A DNA stretch of 64,000 bases from Amoebidium appalachense (Eukaryota > Protista > Ichthyosporea). Below, piece by piece: positions 24,928 to 43,483 of this stretch. Each line of letters begins with the position of its first letter. Within the stretch, counting starts at the first letter, position 1. Where the stretch lies: assembly GCA_963693365.1 (NCBI GenBank), contig CAVNZM010000005.1, positions 6,579,167 through 6,643,166 on the forward strand. The letters run 5' to 3'. The position numbers and the translations under genes are program-made. The notes under the pieces were generated by a model. That model saw nothing but the letters and a program-made list of their open reading frames with translations, did no database searches and was not told the origin of the DNA.

Positions 24928-26236
24928 CTCACGGGGGTTTTGGCTGTGTTGATACAAAGGTAGTGAATCCCATGGGTATATTTGGCAGTGTGGGAACTGC
25001 TATGGGAGATGTTGCCGAGTGGTGTTGTGTCTGTGTGTGTGTGTGTGTGTGTGTGATTATGTTTGGTTGTTTTTTGGATGTGTGTGTGTGTGCGTGTGTT
25101 GTGGGGGATTGGGGGGGGGGGGGGGGGGGGGGGGGGATTGCAATGTGAACGTTGAGTCCGGAGCTAGAGAAGTGGCGTGCGATGTAGAGCACCTCACAGG
25201 CGTCATGGTGTCCCTCGCTGTCGTTATCTGGCTATCATACGGTTTTTTTTTTTGGTTGTGGTTGTGGTGTTTTTTTCTCTCTTTCCTGTATCGAAAATGC
25301 TCGTCGTTCAGTTCAAGGGGATTTTGATGTGCGCTTTGCTCAGCTGTTGCTGTGTCACGTGCATATATGTCTCACTATGCCCAAATATCCCGATCGCTGC
25401 ATTTCATATGAACCGGACCGTAATGGTGAATTGCACAGGTTATCTTGATTTCTCTTGCAACTTCTTTTGATTTGTGCTTATGTATCCAAGCATGCTTATA
25501 TCCACCACAATCCCCGTAATTTCCTACCAAAATGCGTCTAATGTGTAATTTACTGGTTCGGATACCTGTATATTCCTACTTTTTTTATAGTTTCATAAAA
25601 AGAATATTCAAGAATGCCCATATCCACAATAGTGATTCTAATCCGCTGCCGGTATGTTTCAAATCCTGCCCGAGTATCTTAAACCTCCTCGTTACTGGTG
25701 CAAACCCAAATGTGCTCAAGTGTACACATAGTTTGCCAAAGAATCTTAAAATGAACTTTCACGCTCACATTTCCAGTCACGTTCATATCCAATAAATACT
25801 TAAATCTGCTATCCGCCTGCAGGTGAACGTCATTGCCATGAACGACAAGCACAAGCACCACCACCACCGTTCCTCCTCCACCACCTCCGCACCCGCCGCC
25901 GCCAATACCGCTAGTCCATCCGACCCCACCCAGCCTCCTCCTCCCCTCGAAAAGAAACCCGAAGATGAAGGGGCCATGCGCTATGTAGGAAGCCGTCGCA
26001 AGCAGGTAGTTCTTGATTATCATCGCGACCACGACGAGCTTGGAGATATCGCCGTTGTTTCTCTGATGGGTTCGTGCACGTTGCGTCTGCGCAAGGGCGG
26101 GATGGAGTATTCGCGCACGGTCAAACCCGGGTCTCTTTATCTGTTGAGGGGGGCATCGAGGTTGTTGTGGGAGCACGCGGTGGACGACGTGGAGGGGGAG
26201 AGGATTAGTATTGTCTATCGTAGCAAGCGCTCTTGA
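22563..26236 (+). CDS. AlkB-family 2OG-Fe(II) dioxygenase with long basic N-terminus; exons 22563-23226, 23643-24353, 25823-26236
   Basis: Contains GFTYKEDWISPDLEKALI (AlkB N-terminal motif), HRD (HxD), VSLMGSCTLRL, PGSLYLLRGASRLLWEHAV and RISIVYR. Needs a 1-nt removal in exon 2, at or before the G-runs near 23938-23948. Confidence 0.8.
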
Positions 26237-26260
26237 ATAGGTCTTTTTTTTTGGGGTGGT

Positions 26261-26302
<42 letters not shown>

Positions 26303-28231
26303 GTCCAAGCAACCTTGTTTTGTGTGTGGGTGGGTGGGTGGGTTTGGGGGGGAGGGGGGGAGGGGGGGTCTCTCTTGTGGGATGGTGACTTCCGCATGTG
26401 GCAGGGGTATTCCTGGCCTTTGTGTGTTGTGTTGGGGGATATCGAGTCAATAGGTCGGTGTCGGTTTTGGTTTGTTTGTTTTTGTGTGGGTTGGGGACGG
26501 GGATGCTATCTATCATGGAATCGCAGCCGCCACCATCGTATTTTGGTGGGGCGGTAGGTGCTGGAGGATATGTTATGACACAACCCTGTTGGAAGTGTCT
26601 TGTTTTCATAGTAAGGCGTGTCTGGTGTGTCTTGGTATCACTGGGTGTTTCAGCATACCGTCAATAGGTCACCCCTGTGCTGTTTAGATATGTAACGTCA
26701 TATGTTACTTGGATAATATCGTTGATTGGTTGGTTTTGGACGGGTTGCTTGAATATCGAGCGTTGATTGGGTTGTTGGATATCGATCGTTGATTTTTTTA
26801 TTTTTATTTTTTTGAGATACATACCGGCGCTGAAGTGTGGGGTTTTTCAATACGCGCGGGATCCTTTCCTATCCAAAGAGAGGTTTTTCTTTTTTTATTT
26901 ATATTTTTCGGTTTACTTTTTGATTTCCTGAGTAGGTTCTGAGTTGAGCCATCTAATCATCTGCCAAGGCCATACCCGATTATGATTGGCTGTTCTATAT
27001 TTATCCACCAATGAGTGATCCGCAGTAATTGTGTTGGGCTGTGGCCTGGCTGCCCCCCTCCCCTTCTGATTGAAATGCCGCCTGATGTGTATGCAATGAA
27101 GGATATTGATTTGAAAATTCTCACGTTGATCGGTCAGACACGGAAGTCGACGTCGTGGTGTCCAAGTAAAATCAGCAGTTCCCACCCCCCCCCCCCCCCG
27201 GGGGACCTGTGCACAACTTGTGGGCTTGGACCAGAGGGTTCTGCGCTGCCTATATATTGCTACTTTCAAAGTTTGGTTTTATATAACATCTTTTTTTTGC
27301 GCGCTAAAGTGATAGGGTAATCGCGCTTAAATTCCCGTCCTATCTTCTTTTCTCTTTCTGATCTCGTCCTCTCCCCTTCTGCTCTTCCCCCCTCTCCCCC
27401 CCTGCAATCCCAATCCACACACCCATTACCAATCCCTCTCCGTTGTGAAGGAGTACTTCACGTGGCGTGCTATTCCGGTGGAAGATAGACCAGATGATAG
27501 CTCGCACTTACCGGGACTGTGTTTAGTGGATCGTTTCCTGTATAAATATCGTTCAGAACAGTTGTGTGAATATGCAACGGGTAGGGAATTGCTCCCCAGA
27601 TAGTATGTACAATAGCGAGCGTGTGGGTAAATATCTAATAGACCAGTTTGTATATGAGTTGCCGTTTTCTTTATAATATTGTGTGAAAGCTTTACAGTGG
27701 AGATCTCGTAACAATTACAAAGTTTTCAGATATGTATGCCCTACACCAAACAACACATCACACCATCATAGCACTTTAAACGAATATGTCCCCAAAAATG
27801 TGGTTTGCTCTCAACCTGTATTCCTCCAGACATACACACCCGATTTACCCGGGCCCATACACAACATGCCACAGTGAAAGACCTACCGAATCTTGCTGTG
27901 CTTGATTTCATAGTTAACTCTGGCGAATTTCTACTATTCCAAAAGTGTATGGATTATCTGGACAAAAATGTAATACGGTGTCAGAATGCTGACTAGGGCC
28001 GGTGTACTTGGGGATTAAAAAAAAAAAAGAAAAAAAGAAAAAAAAAAAGAAACTAAAATTATATCTCCACATATGATGTATGCCTGATACGATATATCTC
28101 CACATATGATTTGTATGTTGTAAGTGTAACCTCGATTTTTTTACATGTATATCTTGTTGGGTGGAAGTACTGTTGGCCTTGGTGCCGACAACTCATCACA
28201 GCTCACCTACATGTCGTTAATAAACAGCACA

Positions 28232-28268
<37 letters not shown>

Positions 28269-29364
28269 AGGGTAATGCCTCGATTTTGAAAATTGAAAAT
28301 TTTCTGGGGCCGCATGAAACAGAGTATATATGGCGTAAGATTGACTCAGGTCGTGCAACTGTCTTACATGTGTTCTGTGTTTGATATCTCCCCCCACCCC
28401 CCCCCTGTCTTTCTCTCGCTCACACACGCACACACACACACACACGTGCGCGCACGCACACACCAATCTCTCTCTCTCTCTCTCTCTCTAGATATATATA
28501 TATATATATATATATCTCCTCTCTCTCTCTTTCCCTCCCCCTCTCTCTCTCTCTCTCTCTCTCTTGCTCTCTCTCTTTCTCTTCCCCTCCCCTTTCTCCC
28601 ACCCTCCCTCCTCCCCCCCTCCCCCTTCCTTTCTCTCCTTCTCCCATTCTCCCAGGCTTCCTCTCCTTCTTCCCTTCTCCCCCCTCTCCCCCTCCCTTTC
28701 CCTCCTTCTCCCTTTCTCCCAGGCTTCCTCTCCTTCGGAAACAATCCTCCCCCTCCCTCCTCCCCCCCCGCCCCCCTCCCCTCCACCCGCCCAACGCACA
28801 CACACCCTCCTGTTGCAGGGCCCATTCGAGTACCTTCCTTTTGATTTTAGCATGATATAAGCTATGATCATCGATCGTCACATTATATTTGTTATTTAAC
28901 CCAATGACGGTTACTTGAAAACCGTTATCTGTGCAAACTAAGTTGTATATGCCATGCACTGGGTGATAATTCCACACTATATTAGCAGCACATTTCTCAG
29001 CCATGAACAGGCCCGCTTTAACCACCGCAACAAAGAGGTTCAACTGAATTCGGTACTACAAATGTAAGTAAAATACTATGATCTCAAATCTATTATAGTA
29101 TATCAGTATCTAAGCATGATATCACTAAGTTTCTAGGATGATTTTTGTTTCAAATCTAAGAGTCTGTAAGTTTCGGTATCTATATCATCATCTTTCTTGT
29201 ACCGTAGTGGGCGGAAGCGCAAATCTGAATACAGCCTCGCGTACATTTCGAAAACGAACCAATGAAAAGCGGCCATTCCCCCTTAACCCCCCCCCCCCCC
29301 CCCCCCCCCCACAGCACACACTCACACCAACATACACACACACACACACACACACACACCGTGG

Positions 29365-29477
<113 letters not shown>

Positions 29478-29746
29478 GCGCACACACACACACACACGCA
29501 CACACACACACACAAACTGAGATGGCATATTGTTTCCTTTCGATGAAAAGGGCTTACAACTAAATCTCGCTGATCGACGAACAAATCGAATCATTAAAAA
29601 ACCACCCCATCACTCTGTAAATTCATGCCGCACTGTTCGGGGAACTCCAAGTCTGCCTCTTAATCCGCGAAAGAGTACCCCACAAATCTTTCCGGCCTGC
29701 CCCTTCCGATTTACTCCCACTCACCCCCTCATCCCCCTTATCCCCC

Positions 29747-31086
29747 CTATCTCCTTTTGAAACGTTGGGGTATTCTTTCTCTTTCACAGACCCCCCCCCT
29801 CTCTCGCGTTATCCCCTGAGCCTCCCCGGGTTCCGAAATCATAACTTTCGGCTTTGTTAGGGGGGAAAGTGGGGTTTGGGGGGCCGCATGAGCCCCAACA
29901 GACAACCGAACACCGTGACGGAGACTCAACGACCAGGATTTCTTGCGCGTAGGACCCCCCTCCTGTTTAAATTTCACACCCTCGTCCTCTGAAGTTACCG
30001 ACCCTGCACCGTCGTGGTCTCCCATTTCCTTGACTTTCTCCTTTTTCTCCTCCGATTTTTCCCCGTCAAATTTCAGTGTTGAACCCTCCCCATTCTGCGT
30101 AATTTCATCTTTCCGCAGTTGATTTTCCGCCTGCTGCTGCTGGGGTTTTATCCCGTGGTTATTCCCCATAGACTGCGACAGTCTGCGCGTCAACTTGTAC
30201 TTTGCCATCTCCGACCACGACTTCTTCCTTGCAAGTGTCCCAGAGTCGGTCGAATTTAGACTCTCCGTAGACTCCCCCTCCACCCCCATCGCGGATGACG
30301 CAAATCGGTCCTTATCGGTAAGCGATTCTGCCGATCGAGCCGCGATCGGTGTCGATGTAGGGATGGTAGGCGGAGGCAGCGAAGGGGCGGCGAACGGCTT
30401 CTTCCTAATGCTTGGCATGCGAAGGGTCGCGGAGATCGAATACGATTTTTTGCGTAAGATTGTAGGTTTTTCCAGGGAGTTTGACTCGGGCTTTGAATCA
30501 GAACACATGAAATTATTTGTCTTTGCGTCCTTGTTTGTGCATGCGGTGGTGGTTGCTTCTACAGGGGAGGAGGGGTAAATAATGTGTGTGGATGTTGTGC
30601 TTCCGGCGGGTTCAGAGAGCATTCTCTGTATGGCGAGAGGGGGTATCGGGTGGGGGGTGGTGGCTGGGCGGGTAGTGGTGATGGAGGTGGCGGTGGCGCT
30701 TGAACTGCTGAGGCTGCAATTGCGCACTGTGTGTGCAACAGTGAGTTGGAAAAAAAAGGCTAGTGGAAACAGGTAAGGCAACCTGAGGAAGGAGGGGGAG
30801 GGTAGGGGAAGAGGGGGGGGCAAGGGGGAGGTGGGGAGGAGGAGGTGGGGGGGGGGGGGGGGGGGGGGGGGGGGATGGGGGGGGGCGGGTGTGAAGGGGA
30901 AGCAGGGGGGAGGGGGAGGGGGGAGGGGGGGGGGGGGGGAGCTTTTTTTTAGTTCTCCTCTCCTTTTTTTTTTTTGATTGCGCAGTGTGTGTGCAAACAG
31001 TGAGGTAGAAAGAAGGGGGCTTTTGGAAACAGACCAGGCTATGAGACAGACGGGTTGAGGGGAAGGGGAAAAGGGGGGGGAAGGGG

Positions 31087-31118
<32 letters not shown>

Positions 31119-31281
31119 GCTTTTTGGTTCTCTTATCCCTGCCCTAAGTAAAAGTTTGTGTGTACGTGGGTTTCTGGAATGGGGTTGGGGAGGTGGGGGG
31201 GGGGGGGGGGAGGGAGGGGGAGGGGGGATGGGTGGACTTCTGTATTATCCCCTCCAACCCCCGCGCCCCCCTCCTTCCCCC

Positions 31282-31317
<36 letters not shown>

Positions 31318-31606
31318 CACACACACATGCCACCACCACCACCACCACCATTACAATCACAACTGTCACTTCTTTAACTCCTTAAAGGCCATCACGAGGA
31401 CACACCAACCGGCACTCACAAGCACATACACACATACGTAATACTGCACCAATGCACATATTACATATACTCATTGTCGTACTGTGACTTGTACACATGC
31501 ACACACTCACAGACGCCTGATGCCACACACAAACCAGCTACACACATGCGGGCGCACGCGCGCACGCGCATGCACACACACACACACATACAGACACACA
31601 CACACG

Positions 31607-31682
<76 letters not shown>

Positions 31683-32765
31683 GTGACACATGCACATACA
31701 CACAGACACACACACTCACACGAGACGAAAATAACCACAAACTCTGCGCAGTGAGACGCACATGTGAAAGCACATGTGTGGGGGCCCGTGCATGGATAAC
31801 ACACACTTGCGCACGCGCGCACACACACACAACACACACACACACACATTCGCATGAACATCCACACACACACACAAACACACAGTGAGCACAGACAGGC
31901 AGATCCCCTCTCCCCCTCCCCCCCCCCCCCCCCCCCCCCACACACACACACATACACAGACACACGCAATACCAACACACACACACACACACACACATAC
32001 ACAAGTGAGCGCACACAGGCAGAACCCTCTCCCCCCCTCAAACACACAGACACTGACAACACAAACACACACACACATGCACACACACGCGCGCACACAC
32101 ACACACGTATTACCCCCCCCCCCCCCCCCCCCCCCCAACCCTACACATACACACCTATGGTCCCAGCAGATCCACTCCCCAGTGTCGAGGCTCTATCCCG
32201 GGTAATGTTCCGACTGCTTATGCGTGGAGGTTTGGGGGGTGGTGCTGCACACATGGCCGGATGGTCTCCCACTACGCCTGGGCCACCACCACTTGCACCG
32301 TGATCGTTGGGGGTTTTTGCTGAAATTTCCGCACTAGTGTCATCATTACTGATCTGAGTGGTTGCTGGCTCTGCAGTTAAAGAGGATATGACCGACTCCA
32401 ATAAAGGGTTTGACGGCATCGCACTACCCACGTCTGTGATTGGCTGTTCGACACAGGGTTTCTCGCTCAGTGATTGGCTAATCTCTGTTGGGGTTTTATC
32501 TTTTAGGTAAGTTTCATCGGTGTCGCAATTGGATTGGGTGCTGTTGCAAGTGTTTTCGGCTGACTTGCTCTGGTGTCCATCTTCAGTCGGAAGATCATCC
32601 GGTTCGGGGGGGGCACGGAAGTGGAAATATGAAAATTGCAGACGTTGGTATGGTGGCTGTTCGTGGAATTTTAGTTGGAGGGCTGGAAAAATGGGGGGTT
32701 TCCTTCAAGTTGCACGGTGCATCTGCGGGGTTGTGGAGGTTGGTGGTTGCTGTCGCTTCTTCCAT
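29747..32765 (-). CDS. Disordered Ser/Thr/Pro-rich protein (~529 aa) with three RKKS[WY]S motifs; exons 32765-32155 and 30726-29747
   Basis: Long high-complexity frames joined by a phase-1 GT-AG intron (ATA G|gtgtgt...cacag|TG CGC). Needs a 1-nt correction at the C8 run 32606-32613. Confidence 0.65.
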
Positions 32766-32958
32766 CGTTGATAGCAGCGCTGCAAGCGAAGAAATAAGAT
32801 AAATAAGTTACCACTATAGATCGTTTGGACGAGAGTAGATGTGGGGTAAAAAGTGTTTTGCTCCGACACACTGAATCCTTACGTTTCTAATTTGCTCGCA
32901 GTCTGAGAGCCGCACTACTGTTAGGCCAAATTTCTATCAAACGAATCGATGCATAGAC

Positions 32959-32989
<31 letters not shown>

Positions 32990-33061
32990 ACCCCACCCCC
33001 CCCCCCCTCACACACCCCAACACACACACACACACAAACACACAAACGACGCACACACACA

Positions 33062-33096
<35 letters not shown>

Positions 33097-34999
33097 ACAC
33101 CCAAATTCAATAAGAAAGGGGGGGGGGGGGGGGGGGGGGGGGGACCTCCCCTTTCCCGCACAAATGCTTCCTTTTGCCCACATGCTACTTGTAGCCTGTA
33201 ATGATAGACACAGACAAAAGAGCACGCGCAAACCCGTATATGTGACAAACGCGTTATTGCTTTAAAAAATGTGTGCGCGTGTCGCAACCGTTGTCCGAGC
33301 ACGGCATCAACCTCCACCCCCCCCCCCCCCCCCCCCTTCCTCCCCCCTCCCCCCCCCCCCCCCCCTCCCCTTTACGTCTGCATACATCTACGTGTACAAC
33401 TGCCTCTAGGCAACACACATGCTTCGTGGGACGTGTTCGATCGAATATACTAAAAGTAGCTCAGAGGAAGAATGCCTAGGCCTAGGTCACATTTTTTTTG
33501 CACACACATTTGTTCACACGTGGTAGCTACGCAAAGGTAATCAATTCGAAGCCTAGAACTCAGAATACAGATTTGTGAGTGCAGCTGAATTAGACAAACT
33601 TCAAGAGAATAAGAAAAAGGATGTGGAAAAATATAAACGAAATAAAGTTTAGACACGTAATGAATACCCCGCTGCGGCATCAAGCTGCCCTGATGCTCAC
33701 CTTGCTGAATGACTGCTCTGCTTGTTCACAGCTGTGGCCGTCTGGCTCTAGATCTGCACTGATGCCGAGGTCTACGAATAATAGAGCCGGATATATGGGC
33801 TTGTTGGGCCGCTGTAACCTCCTAGAATACACAGGCCCCCATTCACCCACAAATGAAAATGGTGGTGGTAAGGCTTATTCTACGTACTGATGGAGTGCAT
33901 ATCATCTGCATCTGCAGCCTGACATCTCTGCTACGATTCCATGGATGTATTGAGTACATCACCTTGCTGTTCCCTTTAACATCGACTAGATGCTCTATGA
34001 GTTATGTTCATGATGTGAACTGGTAACTCAAACAAAAAAAGTTCTCGATCTGCACGCCATGTTTACAGGTGCTGTATTGTTCCCTTCGTCTATTTTAGAA
34101 ACCCACCTTCACCTGACAGTTTGAACTTCGGTGGATCCCCCAATACTCCTCTTGTGGGGCGTTTCAATATTCAAGACCAAGAAAAACTTTTCTTTTGACT
34201 GGATTTATTCGACGGAAAGATATGCAAGAAAATTACCCTACAGCCTCAGGAATGTAACCGCTCATTGTTCCATATTTAAAGTAAATACTACAACCAAACA
34301 CCAAAAAACATGTTGGATCTTAATCAAAAAAAATTTCCTGAGTAAAACGCTATCTATTGTAGCATAATTCATACTAATGTGAATATTAATATATTGATGT
34401 CCAAACTACAGAATGATAAACCCCACAATTGGGTATTTGGTAGGTCAAGTCTCTGATGCGTGCCTAGCCAATCACATCATCATATCCTGATTGATATGCG
34501 AACAAATGCGAACAGCTAACAAACAAGCGTGGTTGGCTAAAGTGTTATGAAACCCTGCTCATCGAGGTTTTCGAGCCGCATAAAACGATTTAAGCCGTAG
34601 ACATGTATGTAATCATGTCCTATTTTTGTCGAACACGAAAGTGGATGGTGCGTCTCTCCTCTCCTTTCCGAAGAAGCTCTGTGAAACGCGTGGTGTGTGC
34701 TGTGTGTGCGCATGTGCAAATAAACTCTGTGCGTGTGAAAAAGTGCGAGCACGCAGACTACGTACGCGTTTGTGTGCCCCTTTCCGTAGCGCTTTGCATG
34801 GTTGACTGGGGCGTTTTGCAGTAGCACATTGGTCGGCCCTCATCATGAGCTTCAATTTGCCATGGCAACTCAGGGTGCATGTGCAATTGAAGATGCCCAT
34901 GGATCTGATAACGCATCGAACGTCTACCACCTACTGTGCACATGCTTAACTCCCATGGGTGAATGTATGATTATATGTTCTCTGGTGCCACTTTTTTTT

Positions 35000-35052
<53 letters not shown>

Positions 35053-35126
35053 CGACTAATGATAAACCGGCAGTTCAAAGCGTTTCTAGAAGGCTGCATC
35101 CCTAGCAGCAGCCGCCCTCCGGGGGA

Positions 35127-35163
<37 letters not shown>

Positions 35164-35496
35164 TAATGCACATATTCGAACCTGGGCTCAAACATATTTA
35201 GTTATTGAAGCAGGCATTTCTAATTCATACGACGTTGTGGGCACGTGGTAAGGTGACAAGCCAAACAAAAACAAAAGGAGTTGAACACTCGATGAAAAGC
35301 AGGCAGAAGGCACCTGAACGTGCAAGGTCCTACATCTGAGGGTTTCAAATACCTCCATAAAACGGGTTTCGGCTCTTTGATCTTCCTTGAAATGCATATG
35401 TATGGTCCGTAACCCAATCCATTCTTTGCTGCAAAGGCGACCCTCCGGTACGGGAGGCCCAGGGGAGAGGGGGGGGGGGGGAGGGGGGGGGGGGGT

Positions 35497-35654
35497 GATG
35501 TATGCGTTAGAGGGTTGGAAATATGGAGGAGACAACAAGGAGAAACAACAAACGTCACAAAAGTGGGAAATCCAAGACAATTTAAGCGTGCAGGCAGAGG
35601 TCTTAGACACTTGAACAGAGCCCATCATTAAGGGGGCTCCTATGCCTCCACAAG
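35497..35654 (-). mobile_element. Repeat family 1, diverged copy downstream of TMEM177
   Basis: cagagcccatcattaagggggctcc..tccaca matches the family core; poly-G on both sides. Confidence 0.5.
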
Positions 35655-36213
35655 GGGGGGGGGGGGGGGGGGGGGGGGTATATTAGGGAAGAAACGGAAA
35701 CCCAATACCATTAATTTTGAAATTGCGAACGTTTATTCACTGCAGCTAAGAGTATATTCTTTTTTGTTGTGGGGAAGGGCAAAGGACAGACGACTCCTTT
35801 TGATCTTTAAAGCAAAAAAAGGGTGCGCCATTTTACCTTCTAAGGCTAAAGCATGGCCAAGTCTAATGTGAAACAGAATACATGCACAGAGTGGAATCAT
35901 TCGTCCGTAAAAAGAAATGCTTTCTGTAATACGTCCAAGTGTGTGTTTGTGTGCACGTGTATGTGTATGCGCGTGTGCTTGTGTGCGCGCCTGTGTGTGT
36001 TCGAGTGTGTGCTTGCACGCGTGTGTGGTCGAGCATGTGTGTGCTCGTGTGCGCATGTCCCTGTCCCTGTGTGTTTGTCTTCGTAGGTGTTGATGTTTGC
36101 AACATTTCGTGCAGAAGAGGAACTTCTAAGCAGAAGTAAACAAAAGAAAAAAACGGGAAAGGAGAGTACATAAGAAGGCATATCTTACACCGAAATTTCA
36201 ATCTATCTCACAC

Positions 36214-42142
<5,929 letters not shown>

Positions 42143-43278
42143 GGTGGAGTAGACTGATGTATACAAAAAAGAGGATCTTTAAACGATCTTTGATGAGTGA
42201 GGGAGAAGGGGGTCTATTCTGGTCTGTTTGCCGTTGTTAGTTGGATGAGTGAGTTAGCCCGCTAACCGCCGTTACACCACTTATACGGTACTTAAAACAA
42301 CCCAAACATTACTTGAAACATCCCAAACATTACTATGTAATTAGGGGGGGGGGGGGGGGGGGGGGGGATGTAATTAGCTTTGAGTCATTCAGTGTGAGTG
42401 AGCGGCCGAGAGCGGCCAGGTGTGAGTCGTGATCAGGGTTTGAAGAAGTCGACAGCAGCGACTCAGTGCAGTCGAATCGGAGTGGGTACATTATGTCATA
42501 CATGCAAGCCTCAAAATTAACGGCCCTCACACAATAAAAAGCCTTTGTGTGTGTTTTATTTCATCGCTTCCACAGTAATGTAGGCTATACCGTATCGTAT
42601 GAGTTAAGCGCTCTTGGTTTACGAAACAATTTCGGTTCCCGCTTATCAGCGCGCCATCACCACGTATACTCGTGAGAGTCACTCGGTGGCTCAGCCAACC
42701 CAAACTCGCCGTGGGCTTAACGCAATGTATAAAATGAAAACTTTGTTACAATACTTGTCAAGTAGCCTCGGAGGAAGCATAATGGGATTGTGCTTGTTGA
42801 TTGTTCTTGCTTTAAGTGCTCATTTATGCATTTTTTGAAGCACCTTTGAAATGTTGTGGACAACTAAAATCCGGCAAGGCTTGAACTTGGCGAACCTTTC
42901 GCATTGGTGCACATGGAAGGAGTATCTTGGTTGGAATTTGTAGCCCCTGCAGTGAGGGACTTCAGAACCGCCACCTGGGGAATAAAACGGCTACCAGACC
43001 TCCTGGTGGATTGATTTGTGTGTCTTCACTGCCGTGTCCAGTCTTAACAGGGACAAAAAGCATCAGTATGTGCGTCTCTCTCTCCCTCTCTGTTTAAAAA
43101 TATATATAGTCCAAATACATGTGCCAAAGCTCTATATAGATTCTTAACAAAGAGGCTTGTGTCGTCATCATGTGCCAGTGTTGAGTGGCTTGAGTGTCAC
43201 ACTTTGTGTCAGAAAAATTCTCTATTTTATTCGATAACAGTCATGCAAACAAATGTGTGCCTTGAAGCTCGCTCTACT

Positions 43279-43352
43279 GATTGGATGATTTAGGCATTTC
43301 GCATTACCATATATGTTGAAGCCCAAAAATGGCAGTTTTTTGCCTATAAAAG
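43279..43352 (+). promoter_or_regulatory. Putative pyruvate kinase core promoter (reverse CCAAT plus TATAAAAG)
   Basis: gattgg at about 43279 and TATAAAAG at 43345-43352, about 135 bp upstream of the ATG. Confidence 0.45.
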
Positions 43353-43483
43353 CCAGTTCCAAAAAAGTTTTCTGGCGTTCACTCTGCATAACGTGACATC
43401 AGGTTTCATTTCTACCCGTTTCGTTGCAACAAGATAAAATACAGGGCCTTCGTTTTTTTACAACCCAGTTTTTCCGTTCCAAA

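Noticed and set aside
33700-35430. Short AG...GT-bounded segments and a possible C/D snoRNA
   Set aside because: Joined frames hit stops and there is no canonical RUGAUGA box with a terminal stem; these may be UTR exons.
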